Assembly: GCA_003552465.1 (NCBI GenBank)
Contig: PULQ01000060.1
Location: 108-64,107, forward strand
DNA from: Dehalococcoidia bacterium
GTDB lineage: Bacteria; Chloroflexota; Dehalococcoidia; GIF9; AB-539-J10
Reading direction: 5' to 3'
Length of the DNA: 64,000 bases
Made by a program: the position numbers and the translations under genes. The notes beneath the pieces were generated by a model. It saw only the letters and a list, made by a program, of their open reading frames with translations, searched no databases and had not been told where the DNA came from. Positions 57,199 to 64,000 of the stretch are shown one piece after another. Position 1 is the first letter of the stretch. Each line of letters opens with the position of its first letter.

Positions 57199-57774
57199 TC
57201 ATACTATGCCCGAAAACCCGAAGAAGGCCAGACCCAGGAGCGTTGCCGTGATCAGCGCCACAGGTGCACCACGCATCGACTTAGGGGCATCAGCCAGGTC
57301 CAGCTTCTCCCGTATCCCTGCCATCACGGCCATGACCAGGGTGAAGCCGAGACCGGAGCCAAGTGCCGAGACAAGGCTGGCCAGGAGTGTGTAGTTCTCC
57401 ATCATGTTTATGATCGTGACACCGAGCACGGCGCAGTTGGTCGTGATGAGCGGAAGATATATGCCGAAGGCCGAATACAGTGCGAAGTTCGTCTTCTTGA
57501 TGAAGAGCTCTATCACCTGCACCAGCGAGGCGATCACGAGGATGAAGACTATGATGTACATGTACTCGATATTGAAGCGAATAAGTACGTAGTGGTTGAT
57601 GACCCACGTAGCCAGCGAGGCCACAAGCATGACGAAGGTCACCGCCATTCCCATACTGAAAGAGGGCTTCAGTTCGCGGGAGACGCCCAGGAACGGGCAT
57701 AGGCCCAGGTATCTCACCAGGATGATGTTGTTGATGAGAGCCATGCTCAGTAATATGACGATCAGTTCGCTCAT
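57199..57774 (-). CDS. rnfA: Rnf complex subunit A
   Basis: ..NNIILVRYLGLCPFLGVS.. RnfA/NqrE signature; ATGA overlap with rnfE. Confidence 0.9.
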   Translation of the reverse strand: MSELIVILLSMALINNIILVRYLGLCPFLGVSRELKPSFSMGMAVTFVMLVASLATWVINHYVLIRFNIEYMYIIVFILVIASLVQVIELFIKKTNFALYSAFGIYLPLITTNCAVLGVTIINMMENYTLLASLVSALGSGLGFTLVMAVMAGIREKLDLADAPKSMRGAPVALITATLLGLAFFGFSGIV

Positions 57775-58382
57775 ATCTTCAGCACTCCTCTCCATCTCAG
57801 TAGCGCCAGCAGCAGGCCCAGCACGAGAAATCCACCCGGGGGGAGGATGAACATGGCCAGTGGGTGTTCACTGAGAACCGGCAAGGTGAAGATGGAAAAG
57901 CCGAACACCGACATCTCTCCCGTCCCCAGCAACTGTCTTACGAACGAGATCATGACCAGGGCTATCATGAAGCCTACCGTCATGCCCAGGGCGTCGGCAA
58001 TGGAGCGGATCATGGGGTTCTTGGAGGCGAAAGCCTCAGCTCTGCCCAGTATCATGCAGTTAACCACCACCAGCGGAAGGTAGATGCCCAGGGTCCGGTG
58101 CAGGTCGGGCAGGAACGCATTGAAGAGGAGATTCACCACGGTGACAAGCGTCGCGATTATGACGATGAATATCGGAATCCTCGTTATGCTGGGGACGAAG
58201 CCCCTGATGGCTGCGATTATTATGTTTGCGCCCAGGAGTACGATGAATGTTGCCAGGGTCATGCCCAATGCGTTGTCGATTGAGGTGCTGACTGCCAGGG
58301 CCGGGCATAGACCGAGGAGCAGGACAAAGACCGGGTTGGTTGTGATCAGCCCCTTTACGAACTCTTTCCTGGAGTCACTCAC
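57771..58382 (-). CDS. rnfE: Rnf complex subunit E
   Basis: ..NPVFVLLLGLCPALAVS.. RnfE/NqrD signature. Confidence 0.9.
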   Translation of the reverse strand: MSDSRKEFVKGLITTNPVFVLLLGLCPALAVSTSIDNALGMTLATFIVLLGANIIIAAIRGFVPSITRIPIFIVIIATLVTVVNLLFNAFLPDLHRTLGIYLPLVVVNCMILGRAEAFASKNPMIRSIADALGMTVGFMIALVMISFVRQLLGTGEMSVFGFSIFTLPVLSEHPLAMFILPPGGFLVLGLLLALLRWRGVLKI

Positions 58383-58397
58383 AACTCATTCTCCTTA

Positions 58398-58934
58398 CTA
58401 GTCACCTCGTATCAGGTCGATCTTCTCCCTGGCGGTGCTTCTCACAGCGTCGGCCACCGCTCTGGCACTAACGGTGGCGCCAGTTACGGCATCTATCCGG
58501 CCGCCGTCCCGAGTCAGTGCCACATCATCGATGTCAGCGGACGCGAACTGGTCGGTGAAAAGATCCTCCGCTATCTTGCTCCCCAACCCCGGTGTCTCGG
58601 TGTGAGAGATGATCGTTATGCCCTTCACCGTCGCCTCATCCTCAAGTCCCACGAGAATATTTACATCACCCCCGTATCCCCTGCCGACGGCTATGAAGGC
58701 ATAGCCGATAGCGTCCTCATCCTTGTATATCGTGTATATCTCCTCCTCGAGACTGTAGCGCGTCATGTCGGGAAACATGTCGGAGAGCATGCCCAGTATT
58801 CGCTCCCTCTCCATGGCCTCGATCCTGGGCAGGGTGATGCCTCCCACCGCGGTGAGCAGGCTAACACATATGGCCACCACTACTGTTAGCAGGATGACAG
58901 GGAAGGCCTTTTTCAGAGCGTCTCTAACCTGCAT
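58398..58934 (-). CDS. rnfG: Rnf complex subunit G (FMN-binding)
   Basis: N-terminal TM, ..TETPGLGSKI.. and ..DAVTGATVS FMN-attachment motif. Confidence 0.9.
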   Translation of the reverse strand: MQVRDALKKAFPVILLTVVVAICVSLLTAVGGITLPRIEAMERERILGMLSDMFPDMTRYSLEEEIYTIYKDEDAIGYAFIAVGRGYGGDVNILVGLEDEATVKGITIISHTETPGLGSKIAEDLFTDQFASADIDDVALTRDGGRIDAVTGATVSARAVADAVRSTAREKIDLIRGD

Positions 58935-59877
58935 CTTTAGCCCTCTTTACGAGCCCGTATGGCTTCTCGCCGGTATATCTGTCGATCAGCGGAGTGAAGG
59001 CATTCATGATAAGGATGGAGTAGAGTACTCCCTCGGGCATACCGCCGAACTGCCGTATCAGCACGGTCAGTACTCCAAGAGAGATCCCGAAGATGATCTT
59101 CCCGCGATTGGTAAGAGGAGATGTTACATAATCGGTTGCCATGAAGAAGGCGCAGATCATAAGTCCGCCGGCCAGAATGTGGAAGATCGGATCCTGGCCG
59201 AGGGCCAGGGTGAATACGGCAACAACGCCGATATAGAAAACCGGAATCCTCCAATCGATCATTCGAAGTCCCAGCAGCAGGCAACCGCCGATCAAGAGAG
59301 CGAGGGCTGAGGTTTCCCCCAGCGAACCGGATGTGTTTCCCAGGAACATCGCCTGGTGTGCCGCCGGGTCGAACTGCTGCCATACAGAATCTCCGCTCAG
59401 CGGCGTGGCTGAGGTCAAACCGTCCAGACCCAATCCCCTAGGCGCTACCCATGTAGTCATGGGCAGCGGGAAGCTGACCGCCATGAAGGCCCGTGCTGCC
59501 AGTGCCGGGTTGAATATGTTATGTCCCAGTCCGCCGAAAGCCTCCTTGACGATGGCGATGGCGAACACGGCGCCCACAGCCACCATCCACAGGGGCACTG
59601 TCGGAGGCATGGTCAACCCGAGTAGCATCCCGGTAACCACAGCACTGCCGTCCATCACGAACGCGCGGCGGCGCATCTTCTTGCACAGGTACTCCGTGAG
59701 CAGGGATACCGCAACGCTTACGGCGAGTATGGCCAGGGCACGCAAGCCGAAGAAGTAGATCGCGGCTCCCGTGGGAAGCAAGAGGGCGAGCACAACGAGG
59801 TACATAATCCTGCTTATTGATATGCCCCGCCACAGGTGGGGGCTTGGTGAGACCAGGAATGCCCTCTGGAGCTTCAT
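58924..59877 (-). CDS. rnfD: Rnf complex subunit D
   Basis: NqrB/RnfD membrane protein; start taken at MKLQRAF (ATGA overlap with rnfC). Confidence 0.85.
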   Translation of the reverse strand: MKLQRAFLVSPSPHLWRGISISRIMYLVVLALLLPTGAAIYFFGLRALAILAVSVAVSLLTEYLCKKMRRRAFVMDGSAVVTGMLLGLTMPPTVPLWMVAVGAVFAIAIVKEAFGGLGHNIFNPALAARAFMAVSFPLPMTTWVAPRGLGLDGLTSATPLSGDSVWQQFDPAAHQAMFLGNTSGSLGETSALALLIGGCLLLGLRMIDWRIPVFYIGVVAVFTLALGQDPIFHILAGGLMICAFFMATDYVTSPLTNRGKIIFGISLGVLTVLIRQFGGMPEGVLYSILIMNAFTPLIDRYTGEKPYGLVKRAKDAG

Positions 59878-61268
59878 TTCCTGGGTGCCCTCCTGGCAAG
59901 CTCTCTTTTCGCCACTTTTATGTGCTGCACGATAGGTATGTTCGCAGGGCAGGCGTATGTGCAGACGCCACACTCAAAGCAGTTGTCGACGTAAGCCTCT
60001 TTGCACAGGTCGTAATGGCCCGCCTGGGCATACCTGGCCAGCGCAGTCGGCATGAGCCGCATGGGGCAGACCTCTATGCACCTCCCGCATCTTATGCATT
60101 GCTGCTCTGCCAGTGCGCTGTCATCTTTCACAATCACACTATTCGTTCCCTTCACCGTAGGGAAGTCAAGGTCAAACTGAGCGAAGCCCATCATCGGCCC
60201 CCCTAGTATGACCTTGTTGGCGCTGCCCACAATTCCGCCGCAGAACTCTATAAGGGTTCTCAGCGGAGTGCCGAATCTGACCATAAGGTTCTTGGGGTCC
60301 TTGACTGCGCCCGTTACGGTCACCACCCGTTCGATAAGGGGCCTGCCCTCGACCACGGCTTCGTGGATCGCCTTCGTTGTGCCCACGTTGTGGATTACCG
60401 CGCCGACATCAAGAGGAAGCCCTCCGATGGGAACCTCTCGGTTCAGTAGCAGCTTGGTGAGAACCCTCTCGGCACCCATCGGGTACTTCGATTCCAGGGG
60501 GACTATCTTGATGGTCTCTTCAAGCCCCATGCCGATTATCAGATCCTCCATATGCGCTATGGCATCTTCCTTGTTGTCCTCGATGGCGATATAGACAGAC
60601 TGCGGAGAAAGCAGTCTTCTTATTATGTTGAGTCCGGAGAGAACCCTATCTCCGTACTCCAGCATAACCCTGTGGTCTGACGTGGCATAGGGCTCGCACT
60701 CGCAACCGTTCAGGATGATCGTGTCGATAGTGGCTTTCTTGGGTGGCGCCAGTTTTATGTGCGATGGAAAAGCGGCTCCCCCCAGACCGACGATGCCTGC
60801 CTGCCTGATCCTGTCCAGAATCTCCTCTGCCGATAGATCCTCGGGCCTGTCGGCAGGCTCGAGCTGGACCCATTCATCGGTCCCGTCGGAGCCTATGACC
60901 AGGGCCTCTACCGGTTGTGCGGTCGGAGGGTTGATCACCATCGTGGTGCCCGTGACCTCGCCGGATAGAGTGGCGTGCACAGGTGCACTGACGAACTTGT
61001 CCGAATCTCCTATCCTCTGGCCGGTCAGTACCCTGTCTCCTCTTCTGACCAGAGCTTCACCCGGGGCCCCGAGGTTCTGATGAAGCGAGATGACGGCCTT
61101 CTCCGGCAACGGTGCCCTCTCGATCGGCCTGCCAGCCGTGAGCTTCCGCTCTGGCACCTTTACACCGTGGGGGGAACTCTTCTTCTTGAGGATAACTCCT
61201 GACTTGTTCATTCGAGGTTCCGGTCTAGTGTGCTGCTGGCGCGCCGTCTCGAGCAGGCTACTGGTCAA
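59874..61268 (-). CDS. rnfC: Rnf complex subunit C (NADH-binding, two 4Fe-4S)
   Basis: SLBB/NADH-binding GGAAFP..K, CIRCGRCIEVCP and CFECGVCTYACP. Confidence 0.9.
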   Translation of the reverse strand: MTSSLLETARQQHTRPEPRMNKSGVILKKKSSPHGVKVPERKLTAGRPIERAPLPEKAVISLHQNLGAPGEALVRRGDRVLTGQRIGDSDKFVSAPVHATLSGEVTGTTMVINPPTAQPVEALVIGSDGTDEWVQLEPADRPEDLSAEEILDRIRQAGIVGLGGAAFPSHIKLAPPKKATIDTIILNGCECEPYATSDHRVMLEYGDRVLSGLNIIRRLLSPQSVYIAIEDNKEDAIAHMEDLIIGMGLEETIKIVPLESKYPMGAERVLTKLLLNREVPIGGLPLDVGAVIHNVGTTKAIHEAVVEGRPLIERVVTVTGAVKDPKNLMVRFGTPLRTLIEFCGGIVGSANKVILGGPMMGFAQFDLDFPTVKGTNSVIVKDDSALAEQQCIRCGRCIEVCPMRLMPTALARYAQAGHYDLCKEAYVDNCFECGVCTYACPANIPIVQHIKVAKRELARRAPRK

Positions 61269-61638
61269 CCTGAGAACGCGGTACTTATTGCGAGGTCTTC
61301 AGTTCTTATGAAGCGAATCCCGTCCAGATCTGGCCAGCGTGATTCTGCAGCACCGTGTTCCCGTGATTATAGCATGCAGGCATGATTATATATTGGTATG
61401 CACCTGCGGTGTCAAGGTTCGCGGGGTTAGCTGCCCTTCCTGGTGTATTCGGAGCACCACGTGGCATTGGGGCGCTCACGACTATGGCAGGCGGTTCTCC
61501 AGTTCCACTTGCAGCTATCGCAGAGGAAGACGTTCATCCCGAGGGCTCTTCTTATCCTCAGTCTGAACCTGTCCGCCCAGCTCGGATTACTTCGTCTGGT
61601 CAATTGTCTCAGTGCTTCAGTCAGGACTTGAGTTCTTG

Positions 61639-62943
61639 TTAGATGTCCTTAGATAGAGTGGCCAGGAAGTCGGCGTTGTTCTTCGTCTTGGCCAGTCTCT
61701 CGAGTATCCTCTGCGTGGCCTCGCCGTGATTCGGCGAATCGCTGCTTATCATACTGATGACGCGGCGGAGTAGCCACACCTGCTTGAGTGTATTCTCGTC
61801 GAGGAGAAGCTCTTCCCTTCTTGTACTACTGGGCATGATATCTATTGCCGGGAAGATCCGTCGCTCGGCCAGTCTTCTGTCCAGGTGGAGCTCCATGTTG
61901 CCGGTACCCTTGAACTCCTCGTATATCAGGTCGTCCATGCGGCTGCCGGTGTCCACGAGGCAGGTGGCAATGATGGTTATGCTTCCACCTTCGTCGGTGT
62001 TGCGGGCGGTGCCGAAGAAGCGCTTGGGAAGGTGCAGTGCCGTCGAATCGATTCCACCGGATAGAGTCCGTCCGCTCGGAGGCAGGGCCAGGTTGTAGGC
62101 CCTGGTAAGCCTGGTGATGCCGTCCAGCAGTATCACCACGTCCTTGCCCATCTCCAGTAGCCTCTTCGCCCTCTCAAGTGCCAGTTCCGCGACCCGTGTC
62201 TGGCTTTCCACCGGCTCATCGAAGGTAGCGGCGACGACCTCGGCGTCAACCGACTTCTTCATGTCGGTTACCTCTTCAGGCCTTTCTCCTATAAGGCAGA
62301 CCATGAGATGGATGTCACTGTAATTGGTGCTGATGGCATTGGCTATTCTCTGCAGAAGCACCGTCTTTCCTGCCTTGGGTGGTGATACGATGAGCCCCCT
62401 CTGGCCGCGGCCTATTGGCGTCACCAGGTTGATGAGACGGGTCGACAGCTCGTTCTGCGTCGTCTCCAGGTTGATTATACTGTTGGGAAATGTAGGTGTC
62501 AGCGAGCCGAAGTTGCGACGCGTTCTGGCCAGTTCAGGATCCAGTCCGTTGATGCTCTCCACTCGCAGCAGACCGTAGTACTTCTCGCTTTCCTTAGGAG
62601 GTCGGGCCTGGCCATATACTGCGTCGCCATCTCTCAGGTTGAAGCGGCGGATCTGGGAGTTCGATACATAGACATCGTTGGCGCCCCGCCGGAATGTGTC
62701 CTGTCGGAGGAAACCGTAGCCCTCGCTGATGATCTCCAGGACGCCTGACACGAACACGTTCCCCTGTTCTTGCGCCTCTACCTGCAGAATACGCTGGACC
62801 AGATCTGCCTTCTTCATGGCAGAACATCCGGCGATGCCGGATTCCCTGGCCATCGCCTCCAGTTCGTCACGGGTCTTGCTCTCTAGTTTGGCCATAGTTG
62901 ACATAGTAACCTCTCTAACTGCTTTTGGTCTGTGCAATGCCAT
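61639..62943 (-). CDS. rho: Transcription termination factor Rho
   Basis: N-terminal OB/CSD, Walker A GKTVLLQ, Q- and R-loops; exact start (ATG at 62943 vs downstream MSTMAKL) unresolved. Confidence 0.9.
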   Translation of the reverse strand: MALHRPKAVREVTMSTMAKLESKTRDELEAMARESGIAGCSAMKKADLVQRILQVEAQEQGNVFVSGVLEIISEGYGFLRQDTFRRGANDVYVSNSQIRRFNLRDGDAVYGQARPPKESEKYYGLLRVESINGLDPELARTRRNFGSLTPTFPNSIINLETTQNELSTRLINLVTPIGRGQRGLIVSPPKAGKTVLLQRIANAISTNYSDIHLMVCLIGERPEEVTDMKKSVDAEVVAATFDEPVESQTRVAELALERAKRLLEMGKDVVILLDGITRLTRAYNLALPPSGRTLSGGIDSTALHLPKRFFGTARNTDEGGSITIIATCLVDTGSRMDDLIYEEFKGTGNMELHLDRRLAERRIFPAIDIMPSSTRREELLLDENTLKQVWLLRRVISMISSDSPNHGEATQRILERLAKTKNNADFLATLSKDI

Positions 62944-62964
62944 TGACGGTGAGTATGGGGTTGT

Positions 62965-63627
62965 CTATAGCAGTCCCTCTCTCGCCATCACCCTCCTCCA
63001 ATCATCTCTGAAGCGCTCAATGCCGCTATCGGTCAAAGGGTGCTTCATCATTGCCAGTAATACCTCATAGGGGACTGTCGCGATGTGAGCACCGATCCTC
63101 GCTGCCATCAGGCAGTGCTGAGGATGCCTTATGCTGGCGGCGATGACCTGAGTGCGTGATTCGCTGGAATCGAGATACTCGACAATATCCGCGACCACCT
63201 CCATGCCGTCCTCACCGATGTCGTCCAGTCTGCCGACAAACGGGCTTATGAAGGCGGCTCCTGCTGCTGCACCGAGCACGGCCTGGTTCAGAGTAAAGCA
63301 CAAAGTGAAGTTCACCTTTATGTTCTCGCCGGACAGCACCGATGTAGCTTCCAATCCTTCAAGAGTGGCCGGAATCTTGATCACGATGTTCTCTGCCCAC
63401 TTGGCCATATCTCTGGCCTCGGCTACCATTCCCTCCCCATCCTGGCTCAGCACTTCTGTGGACACCGGGCCGGGCACCATTGAGCATATCTCCTTGACCA
63501 GTTTCTGGTAGTCAACCTTGCCCTCTCGCGATAGTATGGTCGGATTCGTTGTTACTCCTGCCACAACTCCCATTCGAACGCCGTGGCGGATGTGCTCTAT
63601 GTTGGCAGTATCTAGAAATATCTTCAT
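62965..63627 (-). CDS. Transaldolase / fructose-6-phosphate aldolase family protein
   Basis: MKIFLDTANIE..GVTTNPT, Schiff-base Lys in ..VIKIPAT.. Confidence 0.85.
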   Translation of the reverse strand: MKIFLDTANIEHIRHGVRMGVVAGVTTNPTILSREGKVDYQKLVKEICSMVPGPVSTEVLSQDGEGMVAEARDMAKWAENIVIKIPATLEGLEATSVLSGENIKVNFTLCFTLNQAVLGAAAGAAFISPFVGRLDDIGEDGMEVVADIVEYLDSSESRTQVIAASIRHPQHCLMAARIGAHIATVPYEVLLAMMKHPLTDSGIERFRDDWRRVMAREGLL

Positions 63628-63631
63628 ACTC

Positions 63632-64000
63632 TTAGTTCAGCGGCAGTATTGTCTGTGCCCCTTCAACCAGTGTCTCCTTTGCCGCCCCGAGGAATCCCAG
63701 GAACAGCGGATGGGGAGAGTCGGGTCGGGACTTGAACTCGGGGTGGAACTGGCAGGCCACCATCCATGGATGCTCGCGCAGTTCTGTGATCTCCACCAGT
63801 CGCCCGTCAGGAGATACTCCTGAGGCGACAAGGCCGGCCTCTTCCAGTGGAGGACGGAAGCGGTTGTTGAATTCGTAGCGATGGCGGTGCCTCTCGTAGG
63901 CTACGTCGCTTCCATAGCTTTCGGCTGCCCGTGTTCCTGATACCAGATGGCAGGGGTAGGTTCCCAGCCTCATGGTTCCCCCCTTCTGCTCAACCCCATG
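63632..64000 (-). CDS. pyrG: CTP synthase, C-terminal glutamine-amidotransferase part (5' end beyond window)
   Basis: ..[14 protein letters not shown]...SG.SPDG.LVEI.EL..HPW..A.QFHPEF.SRP...HPLF.GF. Confidence 0.85.
   Translation of the reverse strand, partial: HGVEQKGGTMRLGTYPCHLVSGTRAAESYGSDVAYERHRHRYEFNNRFRPPLEEAGLVASGVSPDGRLVEITELREHPWMVACQFHPEFKSRPDSPHPLFLGFLGAAKETLVEGAQTILPLN

Overview
The window is 64 kb from a GC-rich bacterial chromosome (roughly 60% GC by eye). TTG and GTG start codons are common and overlapping 4-nt gene junctions are frequent. A short monoderm-type YidC and an Rnf complex point weakly to a Chloroflexota-like or other monoderm lineage; this is an inference with low confidence. 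Two parts can be told apart.

(1) Positions 1-7600 form an accessory-looking island on the minus strand. It carries four tandem paralogous internalin-type leucine-rich-repeat (LRR) surface proteins, three of them lipoproteins. Each paralog carries its own copy of a near-consensus sigma70 promoter and Shine-Dalgarno sequence (SD). A conserved roughly 250-bp non-coding element lies 3' of the genes. The island also holds a frameshifted ISL3-family transposase remnant, an AT-richer hypothetical membrane protein, and a coding-like ORF with no start codon.

(2) Positions 7900-64000 are a dense housekeeping backbone:
- alaS, ruvX, aroE, sppA, aroC.
- A metallo-beta-lactamase (MBL) hydrolase and an ABC-2 exporter.
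- A fused aroK-aroB gene with an in-frame 24-bp tandem repeat.
- A hicB-like/hicA toxin-antitoxin pair and a thioesterase.
- aspS, tig, clpP (no clpX follows).
- A PHP phosphoesterase, efp, an M24 peptidase, and mgtE with a consensus promoter and a long structured leader.
- An OmpR/histidine-kinase pair, ftsH, rsfS, ndk.
- A hotdog-HAD fusion, tsaB, tsaE, thiL.
- The run rpsF-ssb-rpsR-rpmH-rnpA-yidD-[PQQ beta-propeller lipoprotein]-yidC-jag-ileS.
- htrA, a NUDIX hydrolase, nadK, a lone HNH endonuclease, ricT/yaaT, holB.
- moxR convergent with DUF58-tgpA.
- rnfCDGEAB, rho, a transaldolase/FSA, and the 3' end of pyrG.

No tRNA, rRNA or CRISPR array was recognised. The most interesting items are:
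- The LRR paralog array with its duplicated promoters and 3' repeat elements.
- The mgtE leader.
- A 92-bp element with 18-bp perfect terminal inverted repeats.
- The domain fusions aroK-aroB and hotdog-HAD.
- The PQQ lipoprotein inserted in the yidC cluster.
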